Positions 39,854-51,567 of a stretch of DNA of 64,000 nucleotides are shown here, piece by piece. How positions within the stretch are numbered: position 1 is the stretch's first letter; each line of letters starts with the position of its first letter. The DNA is from Lepidodermella squamata (taxonomy: Eukaryota; Animalia; Gastrotricha). Location of the stretch: positions 2,294,001 to 2,358,000 of the forward strand of contig JBLDXI010000010.1 of NCBI GenBank assembly GCA_047495785.1, read 5' to 3'. Position numbers and translations under genes: made by a program. The notes beneath the pieces are model-generated. The model made no database searches. It saw only the letters and a program-made list of their open reading frames with translations, and was not told the DNA's origin.

Positions 39854-40740
39854 TTGTTTCACAGGTGCCTCGTTTTACTTCCTTGAAAAGTCGCTCATAT
39901 TCACTCTGTACTCAAATACAGACATAGTTGTGCACGCATTTTAAACTATACTTTCATGGTAACTTAGAATCAAAATATTGGTCTTTCCACGATGATTAAT
40001 CGTGTGTCTAACACGCTCTCCTCTTGCAATCTCAATCAGATATTTGACTTTTTCAGTTGATTTGATTGACAAGTTTTACTCTGAGAATCTCCAATTTTGC
40101 ATGCGAAGTTCAAATTTTAAGAATCAAGCCTTGGTCTTCAAGTTACCGTAACGAAGGGTAATTCTGGCGAATCGTGAGGATGTTTCGATATTCGAGTGAA
40201 ATTGAACGTGAAAACGTTTGAGAAAAATCAGGCAAAAATTGAAAAATTCTGAAGAATTTCAAGGAATTACGTTTTTCAATTTGGAATTAATTTGGAATAA
40301 AATCTCCGTAATCACCCTTCGTTACGATAAATTAGTTGAAACTGATGCTTGTCGCCAATGCTTTGTTGTTATTAAAGTTATGAGCATATTAAATTTTGCC
40401 TCAAATTGTTCTTTTATTTATTGCTACTTCCTCAGCTCCCTTGAAACTGGTCTCAGACGATCACCTCGTTGATGCTTTTGTACATATAGCCGCAATATTT
40501 TTTTGTTCTGTTTTACTGGTTTCGGAAATTTGCCGCCTTCTTATACTTTACTAGTCGACCAACTTTGCCTCGTTTCATTATGATACTTACAGATGATTAG
40601 ATATTGCCTAGAAATTGATGGATTAAATAGCCTGGTGGTTTTGTTTGACGGTTTTATAAATACATTGAATCTCGATTTCATTATATTGTTTTTAGGGTAG
40701 ATTTATTTATATTAGTTATTTAATTTATTGGAAATCAGCC

Positions 40741-43700
40741 ATGGCTAGTTCTGTGCCGCGGCTGCGGTTGCTTCTGTTGATCGCCTTTATTTTTGTCCTA
40801 TTCGTTGCAATTTACTACTGGCTGTCCCCGAGATCGTCTTCATCGTCCTCGTTCGATAACGCCGGTTCATCGAATTCTCCGCAGTCGAGTAACGTCGTTG
40901 TTCAAGTTGACAAAAATGCGTTCGATATGAACCCGCTGCCACCACTGAAGGGCGAACAACTGTCGGAGCGATGGGTCGTCGTCACGACGATTCAAAAACC
41001 AACCGAGGACATGCGCTTATTAGGTAAAACTAAAACATCGACATTCTTTTTTTGGAAATTCTAATTTTGATGCAAATTTCATTCTGAGATGCAATAGAAA
41101 AATCAATAGGATTTTTAAATAAAATTCGGCAAAATGTTTGAATCGCATAGAATAGTTGAATAAAACTTCGTATAATTTGGAGAATTTTTCAAGAATTTCC
41201 TTGGATTTTGGAATTTACTGAATTGAAATATTAGAAAGCAATCAGAGAAAAAAATTCGATTTTTCAGTCTAATTTACATTAAATTTGTATTTTTAATAAA
41301 ATTCTTCAATCAAAGATATTTTTTATTTTTTTCAATTTTTTTACAATTATGCTGTCAAATTTCGTATTTATTTTCTCAAGGTGAAATGTCCAAATATGGC
41401 TGGCGAGTGTTGGCCGTTGGTGACAAATCGACCCCAGCCGACTGGCAGCCGCCGCCGGGCGTTCGGTATCTGTCAGCGAAGGAGGCGGATGGGCTCGGCT
41501 ACAATTTGATGCGCTACCACAAGTGGAAGGTGTACGCAGCGAAGAACGTCGGCTACATGTTTGCGATCCACCACGGCGCGAAAATCATCTACGACACGGA
41601 CGACGACAACCACCCGACGGATGAGCTCAAATCCATGCTAGACCTAGCAGGTATAGATAAAGCTAACTCATCTCTTTTAGTTAGCCTCTAATTTTTTAAT
41701 TTTTAATATCTCAGGTGTTGAATTCAATGGCCGAAAAGGCTCGATTCCGCGCAATGCCACCCGTTCGCTGTACTTCGCCCCCGGCAAACTCGCCATGCCT
41801 GTCATCAACCCACTGCCGCATTTCGGCCAGTCGCTCCTGTGGCCACGTGGCTACCCCCTGCGAGAAATCTCACGAGCCCCACTCCGCAACTACCGCCTCT
41901 GCTCAACTCGGCCGCCGGCGTGGATCCAGGGCGTGGTGAATGGGGACCCTGACGTGGACGCAATCTACCGGTTGACGCGGAAGCACATGCCCACCGAGAT
42001 CAACATCACGTTCGACCGTGCGCCGGCCGTCATGGCACCGCAGGGCTACTACATCCAGTCGAACTCGCAGAACACGCTGTTCACGCAGACGGCGATCCCG
42101 TTCATCTTCCTGCCCTACACGGTGACGATGCGCGAGACGGACATCTGGCGCGCGTACATCGGCCAGCGCATGCTGTGGTCGGTCGGCTCCCGCAAAGGCT
42201 ACGTGGCGCCGAACGCGTTCCAGGCGCGCAATCCGCACGATTACCTGAAAGACTTCAAGGTATGCATTAGTTCATTGTCTTTGCTCTTTTTTCTCCAATC
42301 AATTGCGGCAATTTTTGAGCTTTTCATCCAATTTCCCGCTGGAAGTTAGCAGTAGGAGTAGTAGGGGTTAAGTGCTCTGCTCAGTTACACACGCGCCGTG
42401 ACTTGGAGGCGAACCACTGACCTTCAGAGAAGCACAGCCGCCGCTTAACCATTAAGCCACGTGCTCCCCTTTTTAGCCATTTATCCTGCAAAAGATATCT
42501 CGTTTCAACATAACATAATCTTTATTTTATATTTTCCTTCTTTTACCGATAAAATACAGAACGAAGATTAACAACAAGGAATAGCGAATTGGAAGGAAAA
42601 ATTATAAAATAAAATTCACCCCGGTGTACCCAGCCCGCCTAGCGCAGTCTTTATTTTTATCCCCACGCTAGACGAATCGAGTGTCGGGGGAGGACCTGTG
42701 GAAAGCTACCGATCATGGTTGTCAGTCCAATGTCAAAAAAATAAAAAAAATGTTGAAATCAACCGAAATAGCTATAAATTTTTTGCCGCCAACTAATTCT
42801 ATCCTGAGCCTGGGCGTCGGCCTCGTCCAAATTATCAATCCAATTTTATGTAAACGCTTTTTGATTCCATCAATCCATCTCAATTTTGGTCGCCCTTGGG
42901 GTCGTCTCCAATCTGTCGGAGGTTGCCAGTACCGCATTTGTTTCGTCAACCGTCTAGAGTCCATGCGAGTTACATGACCATACCAACGCAGTTGGCGTCT
43001 ATCTATTTTAGTAGTGAGCTTCTCAACGCCGCAAATGCGCCTTATGTTTCCATTCCGGATTTTATCCCTAAAAGTAATTCCGCAAATTCGCATTAAATAT
43101 CGCATATACGCTACGTCAACACGCCGTGTTTCCTCGACCGTCATCGTCCAGCTTTCGCACGCATACATGATTGTTGCACCTACTACGCCTTAAAGGCATT
43201 TAACTTTCGCATCAATTGGTACCGATCTATTTCCAAAAATATATTTACGTCAAACGCCTTATTGTCCTTCTCCAGATCGTTTCAACAAAACATAGAAACT
43301 CACATTCTGCTCAAGAGCTTGAATTCTGTTCCTCAGATCATTGTTATCATCTTTCAATGCCGTCACATCCATCTCTAGAGCCTGTATTCCGATGCAGCAT
43401 CGAATTCTGGGTCGTTAATGCATACTTTGAGGTGTTGGGGTTAGGGTCAGATTTTGCTGTGGGCCGCTCGGAAATGGACTGCCAACTTCCAGTAGCTTTA
43501 AAAGCTTCGCATTGAGAATTTGAAAGTTTGCCTTTCGTCTTGATAAGACCTACAGGGTGTTTCATAAAAAACCGTACGAGATGAGCCTTATATTAGCATG
43601 CATAGATAATATAGGAAAAGTACTGCCGTTATCGATTTTCCATGCGCCATGTTATTTTTTGCTGTGTCGCGGGGAGAAAAAAAGCGGCAGGAATGCGGCA

Positions 43701-46700
43701 TTTCTACGGTGAAAACGTGGCATTTTACGGTGTGTTCACGGTGAATTCACGGTTAACCTGCGGTCAATTTCTGTGAAATTTAACCTAAATTATCCTCGAT
43801 GATAAAGACTGACATTGCCGTCAAAACTATTGCCGTGCATTCTTCCATTTTGCTTTGGAGTGGGTTTAAGTGTGCGATTTCCTATATTTTTTTAGCAGTT
43901 TTAAGGTAAACTGCGAGTAGATCAACGGTGAAACGACGGTGCAAAGTTTTGAAAATTTGAGCAAATGTTCCTATAGGAAATTGAACAAGTTTCACCGTAG
44001 AAAAATAACGTTATCTGCAGTTCCCTCGTGGCGTTTAACCTCGGAGTGTGTGGTTTCTTAGGTTTTCAGGACTTTTCAGGCAAACTGAAAGTGGATCAAC
44101 GGCAAAACGACAGTGAAATATTCGACTAGGGAAGAAATAAGGGTAACTGCCGAATATTGATTGTCTCTCATCAGCCGGTTGTGAGAAAATCTTCAGTGGT
44201 TTGATGTCATCCAGACCAACCTTATTGTTGACACTTGGTTGCACAGGAAGATGGGCAAGCAACTTTCGTACATGCTGGTCGTATGTTTTCAACGGCTCAA
44301 CGACACTTAGACCGGTTAAAAATGGATTAACAACACGGAAAATGTAGTTGTTGTCAATGAGTTGCATAGCAACGGTCAAATGCGAACTCGACGTAGCCAC
44401 ATAGTGGCAGCCCATTCCTTTGCCCCATGATCGTCATTTCTGTCAGACCCAAGGCATCCAAGAGAGGTGGGTGAAGCTTAATCATTTTCTTCGGCATTAG
44501 ATGAGCCGCATGAACATAAGACTTCACATAGCTATGCTAGTTTCGAAATATAATATCTTAGATTCAGCGTCGTCGGATAACAATCGCGTCATAGCTTCCA
44601 CTCCTAGCATGTTATACATGAATGGCGGCTTGTCCGTCAAAAAGAATGGATTGGATTGGAACAACTTCAATTTTCTGTAATGGAAAAGCTCTTAGCGCTG
44701 TTTGGTGATGGGTGATGGGGCCCTATCCCAAGTCCGATTTCGGCCAGTTCGCTTTTTAGCCGGCCTGTGTGCGGTTGGATAACGGCGCTTTGCCACTCCG
44801 CGCTCGGGTTTCCCTAGAACATGCCTGTATGCGACACTGTAAATTCAACGAATTTTACCAAATCTCGGCTCGCACACGTGCCAGCCGAGGTGTCGGCTCG
44901 AGTGCGGCAGAAAACGTTGGGTTCTCGCTTCTCGCCGTACTTGGGCTGTCCTAGTGTGGAACCCCCGAATCTGGCCATAGTGTGGAACTGATCATCGCTC
45001 TTTTCGCTCGAGTATCATGCCGATGCCCGAGCTCGGCGGAGCTAGAAGTGCACATAAATACACTTTTACCTACCTATTGTTCACTCCGCCGCACTCGGGT
45101 TGACATCTGCCCTTGCCTGTATCCCCTCTGTCCACTATTGCGGTATTTGTTTGAATTCATTCCATTAAGCGCAATCCGAGATCCAGGCAGACCCGCTTCC
45201 CAGTCGGGCTCGATACCGGAGCGCGAACGCGGCCAGGACTTCGTCGCGCTGCGTTTGAAAGGGGCCATCCGTTCAATAAAAATGGCGGTTTATTTGCTGA
45301 TTTTGATGCAAAAATAGAATTGTTGGTAATAGAGAAGCCGCAAACAACTTGTCACTAACGAATTTTCGTATAAACTTTAGGTGAAAATGTAGATCGTAAT
45401 AAAATATGCGAATTTACCGGAGGAATTTTGTTTTCACCGTGTAAAACTCATACTGTAACTGAAAATGTGCCTGAAACACCGCGAATTTTGTTGCTGCTAC
45501 CGCATGGCTTTCTCTCGGAGAAATGCGTATAATTTGCGGTGACCGTGCGGTTTTGGTGCATTTTTGTAGAAAAAAATGCGCTCGCGAAAAAAATCGATAA
45601 CGCGCAGCAGCAGTACATTTTTATAGCAGTTCGGTTTTTTATGAAACACCCTGTAGAGCAGCCATCCGTTTCACGTCCTCGGGATTTAGGTGAGAAAGCA
45701 GTTTGTGCCATATAAATAAATCGGTTTGCTCAACAGGTGGTTTTGCCCCTGGAGTACGTCGTCTTTCCGACTAATTGAGCTCTTGGCGGGCCCTCGGGCA
45801 CGTCTGCATTGAAGACAACCGCGTGATGTAGAGGTTTTTAACGGCATCATCAATGGCCAAGTCCCAGGGCCGCGACGAATTGAGGTTGAATTAATTATTG
45901 TTCAGTGCTGAAAGGATAGTTTCAACTCGATTGGGGCGTGACAACATTTCTGATGCTTCATGTGACATTGAAGAGGTTGTAATATAGGAAAAGATAGGGA
46001 AGAAGCCGTTATAGCTGCTTTTCTATTCGATTCGAAAAATTCTACTGTTTGAATGGCTTCAATTTGGTATGAAATTCTACATTTTTCTGTTTTAGGATGA
46101 GATGAAGTTGTATCTGGACGTCGAGAATCTCGTGAAAACGCTATCAGCATGGCACTGTGACGAATCCGCCGATGTCGGCGAGTGCTTCGAGACCGTGTAC
46201 CGCGTGCTCGCCACCTCGAAGGACTCGTTCGTGCTGCCGCATGACGCCAGTGCCGTGGCGGCGTGGGTCGCCGATCTGCGCCGCATCGGCTACCCGTTGC
46301 CGAAGCGCGGCGAGCTGGCGGACTGTTTGGACGCGGACAGCGCGCGGCGGGCGGCGCGGCTGTACCCGGTCGAGATGCCGACGACCGTGCCGGCGCATCC
46401 GCAACTGCCGGACGCGCTCGGGCCGAAGCGCGGCGACCCCAGCCACTCGCTGCTGCACCGCTGCGCCCGCCTGCCCAATAGCCAAGTGAGTTGGTCAAAT
46501 ATTTTGTTGATAAAAAAATAAATTAACAAAATTAACAGAATAAAATATTTATTAAAATAAGTTATAAATAAAAAAATTGAAAATTGAGGAAGTAATAAAT
46601 GAGGGCTGCTCAGCCTCAAGCAAAAATAATTCCTTTGGGTGCGCGACCCCTCGGTCATTTTATTCAATTTTTACTCTAATTTCTCTAACCAATATTACAT

Positions 46701-49313
46701 CATCATATTCTCATTAAGTACTCTTCGTAAATTTATTCATCCTTCAAAGTTTATCTTGCGACACAGCAAGTCGAAATTCGGCTTGAAGCTCGAGTTCAAC
46801 GCACATCGCATGAGCTCACAAAGGTGTTTGTCGGTAAATTCATTAAAATTTTGACTACAAAATATTTAATAGCAATGATAAATTTTGCTGAACTTGGTGC
46901 AAAATATATCGTTCTACACTTCTGAGTACAACTTGTTTTCAACCCCCGCAAAACGTTAATTAACTCAATTAAACGCGATTTGGGGGTGTAAACCTTTCCA
47001 ATATCAAACGAAGTTAATTTACACTAAAAAGCATTGGATGGATGAAATTTAGCGCTATCAGTTTATTTCCGACGTTTCGGCTATATTCGATAACCATCTT
47101 CAGGGATACATACAAAGATTTAATTTTCGCATCAAGTTGAAATTACAAAATTAATTTGAAAAGACTTGTTGCAGTCAGTGATTGCTTGGCCCACCCTTGG
47201 CCTTGATGAGGAATCGATTCATAGAGGCTATCAATGTATTCGATCGGTATTTCCTCCCAAACTGGGGGTGCCAATTTCTTGAGTTCTTCGACTTTCGAAT
47301 GCGCAGCAGCGAACACAAATTTTCGATCGGGTTCGATCAGAGTAAAAGCTGGCCAGGGTTCAAGCCGAATGGCCTTATCCTGCTGGTACCAGACTTTCAC
47401 GCGGTTCGCGGCCTCACAATAATCAGTTATAATCTATAATTGTTACTCATATGAGATACCTCTGGGAAAGGCAATTTTAAGCCAGGGTTTGGCGGATTGC
47501 CGCTTCTGTCGCCCGTTGGCCGCACCGAATAGTAGTGTAAATGATTGGCGTCGCAAACGATATGCGCTTCTGGCGCCACACTGGCCCGGTTGGCGCATTA
47601 GCAGCAGATGGTCGTTGAAGGATTTCCCTCCTTCCCCATCGCGGCGTTTTTCATCGAAAACCTCGCTGCTGGTTTCGAAATGAATTGGAGCCCCTCATGG
47701 CGAAATTCGCGATCCCGTAAAGCGATTCCTGCTAGGGATAATAATACAAAGCACGTACATGATACATCGCAGATTATTGAGTGCTAACCCATCGCCGCGA
47801 AGAATTCGAAGCTCACATTTATTGCTCGCAAGCAGTGTTAACAGTACGGAAAACGCGAGGCTATTCGCGAGGAGTTCAGTCATCAAAGCGCTGTGACCAT
47901 CTGGCACATCCCATCCAAAAAGTTGTGAGGCAGGCAACGAAGCTGCTGTGGCAGCGAAATCAGCAACCGGAACGCCATCATTTGGTAAATCGAGCCGCGG
48001 ACACGAAGAAGCCTGAGACGATTGTCCAGTGTCTTGGCTTGATGACATTGAAATGCGAGACGACGCAGGTGCTGCGCGAGAGGGCGAGAAGATAAAGGTC
48101 CAGAGCGTTGGCTTGAAGCCACAGACGCGCGAGAGGACGACGGCTCAGCCGTGATCAGTCGGTCTAAAAAGCTAGATTCTCAACTAGGCTTCTCACCTTT
48201 TCATCAGAAATCACATTCGAATCGATGATGGCTTGTTCTTCAGTGCCATGAATGGCACGGCTGCGGTGCGGCTGAGATGGTAGATGGCAATGACGGCAAT
48301 AGACGTTTTCCGGACAACTATATAAAATGAAAAATAGACAAGTTAGGATATAAAATTTGAAGCATTTTGATCTTCATCTTCCGGCAAATCCCCGTTAGGC
48401 AGGGAACTCGATAACTTATCGATAATTCACACCGATTTTTCGTCGATTTTACGAATTTTACCTGATTTAAATCATGATTTTCGGTGCTTCTAAAATTTGA
48501 ATATTATTTGAGAATATCTCAGAAATTTGGAAGATTTCTGAGGACATGCCAAAGCGGTTAATTCGTGTGGAATTTTTTAGATAAATTTTTTTTATTTTTT
48601 TTCAAATTTAGATTTCTCCGAACTGGGCACCGACCAGCTTCAACGACCTGACAATGCTATTCGGCCTAGCCAGTATTTCGAAACCGGACGCGCTCGCCGC
48701 AACCATGCGTCGGCTGGACCTGTTGTACAAGCCCTACCTCAACCGCCACGTCTACTGCGTATCGAGAAAACTCATCAACGACGAGGCCGTCGTAGAAACC
48801 GCCCAGAAATACCAGTTGTCGATGGTCGAAGCGAAGCCGGGCGCCGCCGACTGTCTAACAGCCGCGCAAGAGATGCGCCTGCACGGCTCGGCGTTCGCAT
48901 TCGCAGCCGCCGACAGCTACACGCTGATCTCACCCAGCGGCCTCAGCCTCATCGCCTCGAAAATGCTGGCGGGCGAAAATCGGCCGAACATTCTAGTCGG
49001 GGCGTGCGTTGAAGGCGCGCCGCTGGTCGTCGCCGTCACCAACGACGCCCTGCCCTCGTCGACTATCGCCTCGGTTCTCAAGCAGACGTGCAGCGGCGAC
49101 GAGTCGAAACTGCTGGCGTCGAAGGAATGGCCCGGTAAGCCGTTGTTGCCCGGCAAATCGATCGCCGAGCCGGTTCTAACGAATTGCATGGCGATGGGCG
49201 AAGACGCGGCCTTTGCGACGCAATGCTCGGTTTTCGCTCCTTCTGTACCGCGCTCCAAAGACGAGTCGATGAAGCACAGGAAAAAGCGGCGGAGTGACAA
49301 CGACGACGAATAG
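40741..49313 (+). CDS. STELLO/DUF288 glycosyltransferase-like protein, copy 3 (~729 aa)
   Basis: Exons 40741-41023, 41381-41650, 41715-42259, 46096-46485, 48612-49313. Motifs WVVVTTI..PT, KNVGYMFAI.HGAK.IYDTDDDN, WPRGYPL, DPDVDAIYRLTR, RETDIWRAY. Confidence 0.88.
42345..42469 (-). mobile_element. tRNA-derived SINE
   Basis: Minus strand has GGGGAGCACG, an A box TGGCTTAATGG and a B box GGTTCGCCTCC. It continues GTGTGTAACTGAGCAGAGCACTTAACCCC, resembling a CORE-type SINE domain. No complete cloverleaf. Confidence 0.7.
42800..43330 (-). mobile_element. RTE-clade LINE 3' fragment
   Basis: YACESWT...RICGI...DKIRN..IR...RRQLRWYGHV.RM..R....WQP...RPQGRPKLRWID. Confidence 0.88.
43553..45653. mobile_element. 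Non-autonomous Tc1/mariner-type TIR element (2.1 kb)
   Basis: TA on both sides (43551-52, 45654-55); perfect 22-bp TIR CAGGGTGTTTCATAAAAAACCG; no recognisable transposase. Confidence 0.88.
47061..47113 (-). ncRNA. Minimal type I hammerhead ribozyme (Penelope-type)
   Basis: Minus strand reads GUAUGUAUCC-CUGAAGA-U-GGUUAU-cgaau-AUAGCC-GAAACGUC-GGAAAUAAAC: both core boxes, a 6-bp helix II, palindromic ACGU helix III and an 8/10-bp helix I. Confidence 0.75.
47143..47400 (-). mobile_element. Tc1-type transposase C-terminal remnant
   Basis: WP.....IE...VEELKK....WEEIP.EYIDSLYESIP, the region after the DD34E glutamate. Confidence 0.65.
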
Positions 49314-50673
49314 TGGCACGCGGCCACAAATTTAGCGATAATAATATATTTAGAAGAAATAATATTTTCTGTGTTTGATATCTTGTGCGTTTTTTGCTGT
49401 TTTTTGTGGATTGTAACACGAAATTTTTCATATTCAAGCGGAAACTTGCGAAATTTTGCCTATAATTTCTGGTCGGAAAACTGAATTATATAAAGTTAGG
49501 GACGACATTTTAGTATTTAATGGCCAAGTTTTGGGGATAAAAAAAATATTTCATCATGGATTATACTCCGAAAATTGCGCCTTGCTGAAATTCCTTATCG
49601 AAAACTCCTGAATATGTTCCTCCAAAGTTGAGAGGCTCAAGTTTTTTTTCAGATTATTTTGAATTTAAAATCATGATTTCTGACATTTATTTGGAACTAA
49701 ATTTTCTTGGTTTTTCCGGGCGCAAAATTAAGAAAGGTTAGGAAAAGAAGTTCATATATTTTCCGAGTCCAAAAAGTTTTGAATTTTCATTTATTGGATA
49801 GATGATCAAAATCAGGAATTTCAATGAATCTAAATGAAATTGAAACCCCCGAAATTTCGGCATTGTTCGCTATTGTTTCCGCTTGATTTGACGGGATTTC
49901 ACGATTGCGACATTTTTGAGCGATAACGCGACAAGTTTAACGTGACTGAGAGCCCTGAGTACTTCTGAATGTGATGCAAAAGATATGTTGATAAAATGGT
50001 TGTACTGCTAAATGCCTTGTATTTAATCTATATATTCTAATTTATTCTTGCATTGTTGTGCTGTCGTGAAACGAAAACTGCTTGACGTAGCTTTGCTGCC
50101 TATCATTATTATTGTTTATACTCACGACTTACGTTTTTTCCGCGTCTTTTCAATCGAAAAACCGGCAAAATATCTTTTTTGATGCAAAATATACTCGGCG
50201 AAATATTGAAATATTGTGACAACTCTGCATATTGTGCTCATTTTTGCTCCCGTAGCCTTTCCAACTCGAATTTCGGTTCTCTTAATAGTAAAAAACTTCG
50301 CGTTGTGAGTGAAAACTTTCGAAAAATTGATAATCTATTATTATTATATGACGAATTCTTCTTCAACTTCGGATCTATGATGTGATGAGTGATCGTGTTT
50401 TTCTGAATGAGATTTCCAAGGCGTTGGCTAATTTTTCTGCTGATGTTCATCGAATCCTTATTAGCTGTGTCGTATGTCACGCGTTTTCTCTCTGCAACCA
50501 GTGGATCTTGATACTAACTGCGTGTTTCAGTTGTCAGAATAAAAAACCGTGGGAAGATGAAAAATAAAAATGCGCTAGTGATATGATAAGCCGATGCATT
50601 TTTTCGTGGAAATTAGCCGGTTCCGAGTAATTAATAGTGACCCTGCTAAATTTAGACGTGGCAGTAGTGCGTT

Positions 50674-50700
50674 TGACGTCACGCCACCTGTCATGAGTCA
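50674..50700 (+). promoter_or_regulatory. CRE and AP-1 sites upstream of the secreted peptide gene
   Basis: Perfect TGACGTCA (50674-81) and TGAGTCA (50694-700), 130-155 nt before the ATG. Confidence 0.45.
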
Positions 50701-50829
50701 TTACTCATCTCGAGTCCGCGCGGCTGCCGTGTCCGTAATTTCGCAGGGGTGTTTCATGCGTTCGTTCTCTTAAAAAGTACCTACGCGAATTTGAAACACG
50801 CCTAGTCGGTTTTTTCACTTCAAATTAGC

Positions 50830-51567
50830 ATGCTAAAATCGGCATTTTTTGTCGCCATCCTGCTGCTGTTCGTAGCTGTGATGGCGCTCGAAGCTGCCAA
50901 ACCAGGTGATCGCCGTCAGAAATCACCCATCGATATGGCCTTGAAAGCAGCGAAAAATCGCAAATTCTCCACGCAAAGTTGGTTGCTAACCTCTTTTTAC
51001 ATTTACACTTGAAATTAAAAAATGTAGCAGTCATATTGAGTAAATTTCCCAACTTCATTCAAATCTTGCGATTTGCCAATAACCTTTTTCAAGGTCAAAT
51101 TATCGTGTTTTCAGTTTGAATTTAAGTTTCAAAATCCGGCATATTTTTTCAAATTTCGAATAAAACCGAAATCACACATTTGTAGATCGAAAATTATTTA
51201 TTTTCTGAAAATTTTCTCGAACTTCGCCAATCAACCAATACAGTCACATATTTAGTTTCCGAAGTGAATTTTTGAAATTGAAAGGAAACTTTTATTTTCT
51301 TCAGCGATTTTGCGTCGAATAAAGAAGCTGCTAGCGAATCCGTCCCGACTTCACGCCAATGAGTTGGCGATTGTTTATCGAGCTCTCGAGAAGGCCATGA
51401 CTCAGATGGCACTGGCGAAGCACCGCCGTCGGCTCGAGCGGTGTTTCCAGCAGGTGGGCGGGCCATTGGCACGAACTATACCCATGCTGACACGAATTTG
51501 CCACCGAGTAGCGGCTAAAGAACTTGCGTCATCGTCATCCTTGGTTCAAATCAAGTCATCAGGCTAG
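50830..51567 (+). CDS. Small cationic secreted protein / peptide precursor (~136 aa)
   Basis: Exons 50830-50977 and 51305-51567 join in phase 1. Signal peptide MLKSAFFVAILLLFVAVMALEA; RR/RK/KK/RRR sites; one Cys pair. Confidence 0.65.

Noticed and set aside
42393-42469. tRNA gene
   Set aside because: A and B boxes are present but there is no proper acceptor/anticodon cloverleaf; it continues into SINE-like sequence.
44035-44415. Penelope GIY-YIG remnant
   Set aside because: Key residues are missing; the similarity is not convincing.
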